From: Paraspadella gotoi
Lineage: Eukaryota; Animalia; Chaetognatha
Length of the DNA stretch: 64,000 bases
Assembly (NCBI GenBank): GCA_051294375.1
Contig: CM119266.1
Span: 25,482,519 to 25,546,518, forward strand
Direction: 5' to 3'
Both the position numbers and the translations under genes were made by a program. Positions 38,201 through 48,986 of the stretch are shown here, piece by piece (positions within the stretch are counted from its first letter, which is position 1; every line of letters starts with the position of its first letter). A model generated the notes under the pieces. It had not been told where the DNA came from. It did no database searches and saw only the letters and a program-made list of their open reading frames with translations.

Positions 38201-41200
38201 GGTACCTTTGAGCTAGGAAATTTTCTTCCAGAGAACAATTTGGGATTAAGTCATAAACAGTTAAATATTAATTGATTTTTTCTTCTGAGCGCCCAAGCTA
38301 TTTGTATTTCAGCAATTAAAGATTTGAATCAAAACGGTTCTCACCTCTTGCTTTTTGTCATCGAGAAAGTTGTTCTGAATTGTCCTCGAAACTGAACGGC
38401 TGGCGTCGGCTGCCTTCGATCTCCCTCCGCCGATGGCGCCTAAAACAACCGATTGAATGTTAAAATGATTCACATTGTCATTATCTCCTCGATTGCTACC
38501 ATCCTCACCAGTGCCTGCGTAAATACGTGCCAGATGATCCCCGTTCTCTGTCCACATCGCCTTAAATGCGTCTTGAATTCGACTCACGGATTTCGATTGT
38601 GCTGTTAAAAAGGCTTAGTTACAGTAATATTCTCACTTTTACCCTTTTTCACAAACGACTTTGTGTAACCTTCAGTTCTGATTCCCATTTCTGCCATTTG
38701 CTGCTGTAATATTTCCATGCCAAGGAAAGTTTGCACTGCGTTTGTCCTGTCTAGGCAATCCATGCAGTTTGTGCGTACAGCGCCCATTTGCCAACGGGTC
38801 GTAACTTCACCTTTCTGTTTGAAAATTTAAAACGAGAGAGAAAAATTTTATTTTTGTTTACAAACAACGAATTTTAATTTTTAAACGGACATGTTTCGAC
38901 TATTTTTTCGAGTCTTCTTCAGCGCAATGTGATTTTAGAAAAGATTTGCCAAAATTATTATGAAGAGAGAGAAATAGAGAGAGAGAAAGCGTCCAACAAA
39001 GAATTGAGTAAAGAATAGTGTTGAGGGAAAGGACAGCTTATATAAGGACAGGAAAGAGTGAAGAGAAACGAAGTAAGGTCATTTAAGAATAAGTAGCGAA
39101 CAATTTTTGGAAAAAGCAATACATTTAGGCAACTCTTCATCATTAAGTTTGGCAAATTCTTTCTAAATTTAAATCATATTAGAAGAAAAAAAATTTTCAC
39201 TGTAGAAAAATGACATTGTTATTTTAGGTCCGCACCTTAAAGAAAAACCCATGACCTTCGAGAATTTGGTCCATCCGGGGTTTGAGCTTGGCGATCCGCT
39301 CCACCTTCCCACCGCGACACTCAGTGTGATAATCAAAGTAAAGAAGCGGCACATCTTGAGCATGAACCGAAGCCTGAAGACAATGTTAATTTTGAAAGGT
39401 TGACTTAACGATACGATACGACTTAACGAACGTACAGAGATAATACAATCATTTCATTATATACTGTACATATAGTACTTAATAGCTTAACAACGTGAGA
39501 ATACATAACAATTTTTTACAAAAGCTGTGACAGTTTTAACCTAGTAATTTTGGTTAAATAATAAAATAATAAAATGATTATAAAAACAAACAGTAACAAC
39601 TACATTATTAAGCAACAACCCGACTTGTAAACCTGATGATGCCGATGAAAAGCTTTACTGACAACGTCCTCGCCTTCTTTGGTTCCCAACAAGTTAACGA
39701 TGGCCACGTCACCGTATCTTTTTTTCAGGCTGTTTAAATGGCGGTTGTAGACGGGGGCGGAGGCCTCGTCACCGCGGGACATCCGGACTTTGTGGGGACC
39801 GACTTGGATGCCGGGTTGTTCCCAGAAGAGTGGAACAGAGCCGCGGATTTGGAGGAAGGAAGACACCTGTTGATGAATACAAAGCCAATTATTAATTTTC
39901 AGGATTTAATTTTTGATTAATATTCAGACGTGTCGTTGAGGGACAAACGATTCGAAGCTCCTCTAAAGGCGGAGTGGCGGAGCGGTTTAAAAGTAATCCT
40001 TTTCAAAATTAATTTCTGGATGAAAAAATACATACTACTTCCAACCACCAATCTGATTAATAAAATTATCGAAGAATCATTATACATTAAAAAAGGATTC
40101 ACTACGCCCAAGCGAAAAGAACTACAGTTTGGAGCGGTTAAAAATGTAGCGACTGGATTAGCTCAACCAACGGTTTTTTGTTATGTACATTTTGCGGAAT
40201 CGAAATCTAACATCTACTGACGAAATAGAAAACGACGTCGGAGATTCATTCTTTACCTTCGGAAAATCTTTTTCGACATCTTCCATCTGTCTCTTAACCT
40301 TTTCAAATGCGAAATAAAAGACTTATCTTAAGAGAAACGCTGCCCAAAAAAAAAAGAACGAAGTTAGCTCCTTAAACTCACCTGATCTTCGACGTAAAGA
40401 ATTTGCTCCGTCTCGCAAAAGTTGGCCACGTGACCCTCGTCGTTGGCGCCGCGACATTCGAATCGAGTTCCGACTCGTTCGTTGCTGAGTCGAGAGAAGA
40501 TGCAGCAACGAGCCTTCGCCAAGTAAAAAAGATAAAAAAACGAATACGTAAAAAATCTAAGCGGCAATCTGGTCCTAAGCTAGTTCGCCGGCCAACCTGT
40601 GCGTTTCCCGCGTAAACCGTGCGAATCTCAAACCCGCCGCAAACAACGCGGATGAGCCACTTTGAAGTGTCCACGTCAAAGTTGCTGCATGAGAACATGA
40701 ATTTTAAAAAAAATGAAAAGATAGAAAAAAGAATGAAAGGAAAACAAAGTTAGCAAAAGTATTCGATTCAGTGTTCTTCTTCTAACTTGAGATGTTGAAA
40801 CAAAGCGCCGTTCCAGAAAAATCTCGGGTCAGGTTCCGAGTATTGTTCGGCTCGCTGGACAACCCGGGTAAGGTCAAAGTATTCTACCGCTGACGAAGTT
40901 GCTGAAGGCGACCAGCCGAAATAAAAGCAGCCGCTGGCCAAGAGTTTCTGCAGTTCGTGCAGCCGCTCGTCTTCGACGGCGCCGGGGCGTTGGAGGGAGA
41001 AGATCTGGACTCCGGTCACTCGACAAATCTGGTTAAAGAAGAAAAAATACCAAGAGAGATTAAGGGAGAATCAGATGGTCGTTGGTCAATGGTAACAATT
41101 ACCTCGACGTCCATGGCTTTGCCGACGTTCGAAACACCCGTGACGGTGACCAAAAATAAGGAGCTTTCGGCGGAGTTCCCGCCGGAGAGTCTTAGAACGC

Positions 41201-41471
41201 CGAGACATCCGTAGGCGTCGCTGAGTCTAATAAAAAAATCCGAGGGATAGTCCAAGATCGTAGCAAAGTCGCAAAACGGCAAATGAGCAAAACAAAAGTC
41301 TCACCTGGTGTAATTGAAGGATCTCTTTAACGTCTCCACTTCGTTCGGAGCGACGACGGCGACAACTTGCGACTCGAAGAGTAACGACTCGCAAGTGTTT
41401 CGCTCCTCTAAGATCACACTGTAGGGAGGATCCACTTTGTGAAACAAACGGAATGATTTGCTAAGCGCCAT
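25091..41471 (-). CDS. SYNJ1: Synaptojanin (Sac1 phosphatase, inositol 5-phosphatase, RRM-like domain, proline-rich tail), more than 20 exons
   Basis: MALSKSFR start, [36 protein letters not shown], Sac1 motif [58 protein letters not shown]; tail ends [11 protein letters not shown]. Exon joins near 25700-25820 are uncertain. Confidence 0.95.
29264..30155 (-). CDS. Putative 216-aa membrane protein nested on the same strand in synaptojanin intron 29056-30375 (exons 30155-30063, 29976-29907, 29825-29631, 29556-29264)
   Basis: Three GT-AG introns of 86, 81 and 74 nt join in frame into a 651-nt ORF. N-terminal hydrophobic segment [18 protein letters not shown]-terminal hydrophobic segments, and AATAAA on the minus strand at 29187-29182. 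Confidence 0.7.
31442..31454. promoter_or_regulatory. RFX X-box-like palindrome GTTGCATGGCAAC upstream of ZSWIM2
   Basis: One mismatch to the X-box consensus GTNRCC-N0-3-RGYAAC, about 190 bp before the ZSWIM2 ATG. Confidence 0.5.
31642..38070 (+). CDS. ZSWIM2: E3 ubiquitin ligase ZSWIM2/MEX (SWIM, RING, ZZ, RING-H2, low-complexity tail), antisense inside synaptojanin intron 31038-38344
   Basis: [23 protein letters not shown]...[18 protein letters not shown]...[13 protein letters not shown]...CPFC, ZZ CHGC...CENC...CNPC, RING CAVC...[14 protein letters not shown]...CPIDG. Exons 31642-31856, 31954-32206, 32297-32485, 32562-32743, 32817-32915, 33047-33186, 33255-33375, 33449-33670, then phase-compatible tail exons 35746-35987, 37057-37174, 37262-37870, 37938-38070 (tail less certain). 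Confidence 0.88.
34320..34915 (+). repeat. Purine-rich 18-bp tandem repeat (AGAAAGGAAAGAAAGAAT)n
   Basis: Direct; roughly 30 variably conserved units in a ZSWIM2 intron. Confidence 0.95.
36658..36885. repeat. Long imperfect inverted repeat (arms about 80 bp, AT-rich spacer)
   Basis: ATTATTG..TTGTCGCCATCATCGTCG...AAAAACAAACATTTCAGAT (about 36658-36738) is matched by its reverse complement at about 36805-36883. Confidence 0.85.
38885..38925 (-). ncRNA. Minimal type-I hammerhead ribozyme motif (Penelope-type) in a synaptojanin intron
   Basis: Minus strand reads gcg-CUGAAGA-A-GACU-cgaaaaaau-AGUC-GAAA-CAUG-UC-cgu: intact core, 4-bp stem II, palindromic CAUG helix III loop, only 3-bp stem I. Confidence 0.6.
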
Positions 41472-41748
41472 TACTTTCGCTTCAGCGTCAGCCACTGGCT
41501 TTTGTTTGTGCGATCGACGCCCGCCGGCGGGCTTAACGCATCTCAAGCGGTAAAGGGTTCAAACTCCCCCGAAACTGAAATCCTTTTCTAAAAAAAAAAA
41601 GTAATGAATTCGCGTCACGAATGTAGATCATGATTGTAATGCTTGGTTATCAAAAAATAACACGAAAAGAGATCCTCTTAGGTTCTGGAAAATTTATAAA
41701 TACGTCTACATTAAAAACTACATTCTGTGGTTCTAGTAAGTCCCCCGT

Positions 41749-42841
41749 TCATCCGTTCCTTTCGGGGGGAGTCAAATATTTCATCTCCAACCACTCAAAA
41801 ACGTCTTTCTCCTCGGCGACGAGCAAAGGTTCGCCCGGCACGCCCGTCCACCCGAGAAAACGGATGCTGTACTCGTTGAGGGTGAACCCCTTTTCCAAAG
41901 CGAGAGTCCGCATGTTTTTGTTAAACATGTCCGATCCAGTAAAGTAAAGCGTCCCGCACGGGTACTGATCTTTGGGAATGAGACGGAGGTCGAGTCGACG
42001 AAATAGTCTGGGAGCGTCTGCGTCTTCCGCCATCTCTGCGGGAAGACGACACACCCCCATGAATTTTGAGTCGCCGAGGGAGATTTGTTCGGTGGCGAAT
42101 CCCGATGCCAGTGCCGCATCGACGATAGCCTTGAGGAGGCGCGGCTGCTTCGGCATTGAGGAATCGTAAGACGAATGAGTGAGTAGGACGTCGATATCGC
42201 CGCTAGACGGCGCGCCTCTCCGGAAAGAACCGCAGACGGTGGCGAGGTAATCGGGATCGACGGCGGCCACCACTTGTTGGAGGCAGGATTCGAGAAGCTC
42301 CATCTCCGCTCGCGGGATGCGCTGCTCGAAGTCGTCGAAGTGTCGAAGTCCAATTCGCTGATGGTGGGAGAGTCCTTCTTCTCGCTGGCGGAGATCGTCC
42401 AGGGTTCGTACACCGTCGTCGTAAAGTTTTTTAGCATGGGCGGGGCCGATGCCCGAGACGCGGGTGAGAAGCTTGAGAGCAGAGCTCGTGTCATCGCTGC
42501 GAATGTTCTCCAGCTTCTTCAATTTTCCCGTCGAGAGGAGCTCGTCGATCTTCTTGGCGATTTTAGCGCCGACGCCAGGCAAAGATTTGGCTTCGTCGCC
42601 CCCGCGTATCGGAGTGGGATGATTCGAGAGGGTCGATGCCGCCTGAATTCATATTACAAAAATAAGAGAACTTACCAATAAATACATAAATCAATCAACC
42701 AACCAATCGACAAACCTTTCTGTATGCGTTAGACTTATGTAAAGCTCTGGTGACGTTTCTTTCATAATCTGCAAGTTCTACCAGCATATCGACGATGTGC
42801 TTGTTGGGATTGTCCGACGCGTGTTTTCTTTGTATAGACAT
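41749..42841 (-). CDS. POLB: DNA polymerase beta (exons 42841-42716, 42642-41749)
   Basis: ELADYEKNV...HKSNAYRKAA, LPGVGAKIAKKIDE, RVSGIGP, CGSFRRG..SSGDIDVLLTH, RRLDLRLIPKDQY..G.LYFTGSD.FNKNMR..ALEKGFTLNEY. Confidence 0.96.
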
Positions 42842-43272
42842 CGCTTACCTTTTGGTGTATTTTTAAGAAAGTTATTCCATAAGTGTATATGAGATTCGTC
42901 GAGATTATTTATCGAAATTACTTTTACGCATTTCTAAAAGCGTAAAAGCAAAATTATCTATCAAGAATTGAATACAAATTAAGAAACAGAAATTACGGGA
43001 ACAAAAATTCGAATAAACAAGAATACACACATTCATCAATAAATGTGAGACAGCGGTCAATGGCGGATCAGATGTGTAAAGTTCATAAGCAAAGGGTAAA
43101 CCAAAATTCAAAAAGCCAAAAATTGTAGACAGATTAAATAAAATGCATCGTTTTTCGATCGATAAGTTTTCGTGACGTCGAGAAATAAAGTGGTCTCGCG
43201 TTAAATAAATAAATAAAACGTGCCGCCGCCATTTCAAGGCCCTGCCACACCGCCCCCCCGAAACGAAAGAAA

Positions 43273-45641
43273 TTACTCTCCCTCGGGGCCGAAGTCTCCC
43301 TCCCAAGCGTCGACGCTGCCCTTGGCCTCCTCCATGGCGCGTTTCCGCTCCTTGGCGATCCGAAGTTGCTCCCTCTCTTTCTCGCGTTTTTCTTTCGAGA
43401 CGTTGGAACGGAGACCGAGGGCCCCGGCGACCATTCGTCTCGCCGCGATGGCCGTCGTCTGCGGCCGTTCCTTGTAGGTCTGCGACAACATCTCCTCGAA
43501 CTTTTTCGCTTTGACCTTTGTCTGGAAAGTCGCCTCGCCGAGGGGACGTACTTGAAAGATGGGGTTGACCACAGCGAGTGCCTCGGCGGCGGCGGAAGGG
43601 GAAGCGAAAACGCCCATCGCGTGGGTGTCGTCAACCCACTTGACTTCGAAGCCCGAACGCTGGAAAGAGGCGAACACCTGCTGAAGATCTTGAGTCGTCG
43701 TGGATGGATGGAAGTCGAAAATCTCTAGCACGTGACCGAACGACTCGTACGCCAATTTGGGCTCCTTTGGGACGGATTCGGGAAGTTGTTGATCGGCGGG
43801 AGGAAGGACGACGACGTTCTCGACGGCGGAGGAAAGATCGTCGAGAGAAGTGTCGAGTCGGACGCCGTCTTCGTCGAAAAGAGATTCCCAAGTGTCTTCG
43901 TCAGCGGGGACTTCGTTGGCGGCGAGTTCGTCGTCGTCGTCCAAGTTTTTTGGAGGACGACGACGATAAATCAAAGACGAAGAGGACGACGATGACGAGG
44001 TCGCCGGGGCGGCCGATTCTGCGGCTTTTAAGGCGGAACGAGGGGACGAATGGAGAGTGGGAGGGGGGTCCAGACCAGCGGAAGGCTTGACGGCGTCGGA
44101 GGCGGGCGAAACGCGGAAAGAGTTTCCGGCGTTGTCATCGGTGAGCTTTGGAGGGACGGGAAAAGAGGCGGAACGATCACGAAATTGTTGAAGGCGACGA
44201 GGTGGCGACGAGAATCGCGGCGGTGACGGACTCTCGGCGAGATCCGCACGAGTTTCCGGCGGAGTCCGCCACCCACCCATGGTTTCTCGCGGACGGTGGA
44301 ACCAATGCGATGGAGGCGGAGGTGGTGAGGGGCGCACGGCGTTCGGAATTTGAGAGGTGGCGGTGAGATCGGTGTTTGAGATTGGCTGTCTTAAAGGAAT
44401 GGCGCAGACGATGGCGGGATCTGCCTCCACACATTCGTGGTCGACATCTTCCCGAACGTCTTTTTCGTGACGAGACAATTCGGCCATCGTCTCCTCCAAG
44501 GAGTCGGAACCAACGGTGTCGTCCACGCGAAGATTTCTTTCTCTTCTTTTCTCTTCCTTTTCGAGTCGCCGCTTATCTCTATCCTCCTTTCTTCTCCTCC
44601 TGTCCTCTTTTCTCTCTTGATCGGTGATGGCGCCACCTATTTCGTCGCCGCTCTCGTCACCGCCTAAGCCGCCGCCGCAATCGATTTCTCGCCGCCCGCC
44701 TTTTCTTTTGTTTTTATGTTTTTTGTTTCCTTTCTCGCGCGGTGCGTCCGGCATCATTTGGCGACGCGACGTAGTCTCGTTCTTCTCGTTGTCAATTATC
44801 GCCGCGTGGCGGCGGTCGTCGTCCATACCCCATTCCGGCGGTTTCCTTGAAGGGTTTATAAAAAGTTATTAATCAAAATAACAATATAATTTCACAAATT
44901 AAAAATTTGAATAAATTTTGTTAAGTAAGGTTACTAATGTATAATATAAGCTCAATAAGCTAGACATAGTCTAAAATTAATTAACCGATACCTGACGGCA
45001 CAATTGTCGTGTTCCCTACTATCGGCCGCTCTCCTCTTTTCGTCATTTATCCGGCGCTCGTCGTTCATCCTTCTCTCGTCGAGAGAGGGCGAAGCTTTTC
45101 CTTCCATCTCTTGACGCTTGAACCTCGGGACGTAGAGAGGGATTTCCGGTCTGGGTTTTCCGGGTCTTCGTTGGGCGTCGCTGTTGGGTCGGTCGGACCC
45201 ATTGGACCGACCTTCGTCGGCGGCGTGAGCGTCATCGAGATTTGCCGTAATCCCTTGACGTTGCCTCCGCTCCTCCTCCATTCTCTTTGCTCGCGGGACA
45301 TAGACACGCGCGTCCGGACGGAGCTTCCGGTTTCCGGAGCCGTTGAGAGTCGTCGAGGTCGACTGGGCGCCGGCGCTGTCGGTCACGAGAGATTGTAGAC
45401 TGTCTGACGAATTGTCCGAAGATCGAGGCTCGGCGAGTATTGGGCGTAGGCTCGCTATTGAGTCCGGGCATTTCAGGTTAGTAGCTTCGTAGCGGTCAAC
45501 TGACTTAGGCAAAGAGGGTGACCTTTTGGCGCTTGGGGAGTCATAGGGGCGGAAAGAACGTTGCATTGCGGGGGACGAGTCGAAGGGCGTCGAGAGCGGG
45601 TTTGGAACGTCGGCAAGAGCATCGACGGCGCCTGCCGCCAT
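43273..45641 (-). CDS. R3HCC1L: R3HCC1L-like protein (exons 45641-44992, 44845-43273)
   Basis: WESLFDEDG, RRM-like HVLEIFDF....TQDL...F...GFEVKWVDDTHAMGVFAS, KERPQTT..AARRMV.GALG, C-terminal coiled coil; N-terminal RP...YVP motifs. Confidence 0.85.
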
Positions 45642-46118
45642 CTCGATATGTCGCTTCGACAGGAAAGTAACAATTCAGGGACCGCCTTTGTGGACCGTGA
45701 ATTCCAATGATTAAAATTTAAATCACGATTGAAATTATCGCACTTCAACTTGGGGAATACTTTTAATGTTATTGATGATTCCTAATATACATCGGAATTC
45801 TTTTAACAATTTCCGAAAATCGTGAAACAGAAAGGTTGATCATCAATTTTTAACTCGCGATAACAAGTTCCCCGAGAACGGCGCTCTGAATATTGAATAG
45901 AGCTATATGAGTTCTCGAGATCAGTAGAAAGAAGAAACTGTCACCTAATGACATTTGAAATCTCGTTACAATTTATGTACCCAAGAAATGAAGCTTTTGT
46001 TTTGTTTATTCGTTTCTCCAAAAGGTGACGCCTCGGATCGAAACCAAAGAGATAACAAAAGGAAAGTCGTTTTGTCAAAAAACCCGGAGAAGCACAATTT
46101 GTAAATTATGAGTTAAAT

Positions 46119-46120
<2 letters not shown>

Positions 46121-46212
<92 letters not shown>
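46121..46212. repeat. (AAT)n microsatellite
   Basis: Direct. (AAAG)n at about 47097-47175 and (TTTC)n at about 51457-51552 are also present. Confidence 0.97.
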
Positions 46213-46215
<3 letters not shown>

Positions 46216-46284
46216 CTGGAGCAGTGGAGCACGTAAATAAATGCAGACATTATGATTCAAAATCAACATTTTAAAACAGTTATT

Positions 46285-46436
46285 TTTAGAGAAAAACAAA
46301 GTTTATTTGTTTATTTACAATGATTTTTTTAATATTTTATACTTCATCAGCGTTTGAAATAAAAAAAATCGTTGTAAATAAACAAACAAACTTTGTTTTT
46401 CTCTAAATCTACATAAACAACGAAACGAAAGGAAAT
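46285..46436. mobile_element. Inverted-repeat element related to the hammerhead-bearing repeat (partial)
   Basis: Arms 46285-46330 and 46361-46407 with 2 mismatches; the loop contains CGCTGATGAAG on the minus strand; followed by ACAACGAAACGAAAGGAAAT, identical to 55800-55819. Confidence 0.65.
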
Positions 46437-46583
46437 TAACACAACAGTTATTTTAAAATTTTTTAATGGTTTAAATTTTAGCTATTCTGAAACAAGTGAG
46501 GGAATCAACTAAAAATGATCAGATAAAAAAAAGACCGAAGAAAGACAATTTTTGGTCACATCTAAACAATAATTTTTTTTTTT

Positions 46584-47097
46584 TCATTCGCCGTTGACTT
46601 CGGACTCCGGTTTTTCTTCGTTGGAAACCGTCTCCTCCGGTTTTTCTTCGTTGGAAACCGTCTCCTCCGGTTTGTCCTCATTGGCTTCCGACTCGTCCGG
46701 TTTGTCATCTTTGTCTTCCGGCTCCTCCTCTGGTTTTGCCGGGGGAAACGGCCCTTCTTCCCCTATGATGATGTAATTAGGGGAATCTGGATCGAACGGC
46801 GGGACTTGAGTTTCCATCTTTCCGAAGACGGTGATATCGATGGGCGGCTGCGGGTCGATTCTCGGCTGACGTCGCGGATAAAAGGTTCTGGCTTGTGTGA
46901 TGACGCCTCGCCGCGCCGCCGTCACGAACGCTTCCTTGTCGAGAACGTCGTATGCGGTGGCGTCCGGAGGCGCCGGTTCCGTCTGCGGGTCTTCCGCAAC
47001 GATCTGGTCGACTCCCAGAGACTGAGAATGGGGAAAAGGTGGAATATAAGAGAAATAAAGAAAGAAAGAGGAGAGGAATGAATGAATGAATGAATGA

Positions 47098-47173
<76 letters not shown>

Positions 47174-48805
47174 AAAAGGAAGTAAAAAAGATGGAAATCA
47201 AATACCGTGATGCTCACCATCTAATTCCTTAACTGATCATTGATAAGTAATTCACCTCCAACGCGTGATGATATTTCTTTCTAATCGTCTTTCCGCACCC
47301 GCAAGGCTCCATGAGTGTAAAGGTGCTGACGACGTCATCGTCCGTAAAGACTCGTGGCACCTTCGCGTCTCCATCGACAGTAGCGGCATCTTCGTCCTCC
47401 TCGCCGTCGTCGGCGTAGGGAGAAGGGTAACCCTCGCGCGCGGCGTTAAGAGCATTAAGATGACTGGCAGGAACGAAAAGTATTGAAAGAAGGCTCGGTT
47501 TTAAAGCCTTGAAATTTTTTTACAAAATTAATACGATTCTAAATGCTTTCTTTTTAACAAGGCCATAAACGGTCACGTAGTAGCTTTATTCACGCTCATC
47601 CAGAAAATTTTTTTATGATAGCGACAATGACCTTTAATGATTTTTTCCCCACACAACCATATCACCATCAAGTTTTTTTTTTATTCCTTCTCATCGCAAT
47701 ATTCCTCAATCTCACCCGATGATAAACTCCTTTGGATTTTCCGGTCTGTGAAATACCAGCAACGTGGTGACGTTTTGAAACAACTCGATTATCTTGTGCC
47801 TTATCAAATAAATCCGCCCCTTGGGACACGAAATATTGGGTTAGAAAGAACCGCGATTTTTTACTCTTCTTTCTCCTTTCTCGTCTTTTAACTTCCTTTG
47901 TCTTCTTTGCCCAAGGTAGTTTGCTTTCCAAATTTCCGAATTTCAGGACCGGGTTGGCTCAACCTATCATCGCAATACCTGCTTTTCGTTGATGCTTTCC
48001 TTCTCGTAAATCGGTTTCGGTACATTGAGGTCGTAGTACAAAGGCAAGCCCTGGAATCGATCGAAGTGAATTATTCCTATGAATACGTCAGTGAGACCGA
48101 AATTCGAATTAAATTAAAAAAAAAACATTTACCGCTTACAAGTTACAACCTCTAAAAACAAAATAGCAGGTTTCCACCTTCAGAAATACGGGAAAGGTCT
48201 TCTCCTTCCCGATGATGAGTCTTTCCTTTTCGTGACCCTCGCTGATAATGACGCGCGCCATGTCTCGCAACACGCGGTCTCTCTCGATCATGTAGTTGAA
48301 ACATTTGAATCCGGGCTCCCATTTCTGGCGAGCATTCCGATGAAATGAAAGAAGGGATCAATGAATGAATGAATGATTAAATGAATGAATGAATGAATGA
48401 ATGAATGAACCAACCAACCATACAAACAACGTACGTCTTACCGAGTCGTAATCCAGATCAACCTGGAAAGAACGATTAAAAAATAAAGAAAACAGAGAAA
48501 AAGCAAAGTGCAATAATAGTGCAATAATATTCCTTAAAGCCACGCCAATTAATTTAACGGATTACATCGATGCTGCCTGGCTCGTCCGTTCCTCTTCTGT
48601 CGTAATAGTATCTCCCGTCTTTGAATCGATATCGGCATTCCTAAGATAATAGCGATACAATTCCCTCTCTCCAATTTCTCTTTTTAATACAATAATATCA
48701 AACAAGTCAATACCACGTATTCTTCTTCTTCTATAGGTTCGTCTTCTGGTTCTGAAATAGGGGGAAAAGACTATTACCGGCTCCATCGAAGAAAAAAATG
48801 GAAAC

Positions 48806-48904
<99 letters not shown>

Positions 48905-48986
48905 AAAAAATGTGAATGGCACCATTCTCGTGGAAGTCATCTCCTTGGTTTATGTTCTTTCCACGGTTCCTTGAAACTTTGGGGAC
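46584..48986 (-). CDS. 3' part of an unrecognised multi-exon gene with an acidic repetitive C-terminus; internal frameshifts; 5' end not found
   Basis: In-phase joins VDLDYDS|KWEPGFKCFNYMIERDRV...FPVFLK|GLPLYYDLNVPKP and ...MEPCGCGKTIRKKYHHALE|SLGVDQIV...(NEEKPEETVS repeats)*. Exons at about 47500-48000 and 48565-48750 need frameshifts. Confidence 0.6.

Noticed and set aside
39930-40220. ORF in a synaptojanin intron with [11 protein letters not shown], faintly like the end of a GIY-YIG domain or a third nested gene
   Set aside because: No other motif and no consistent spliced model could be built.
41520-41575. GGTTCAAACTCC, resembling a tRNA B-box
   Set aside because: No cloverleaf or A-box; it lies in the synaptojanin 5' region.
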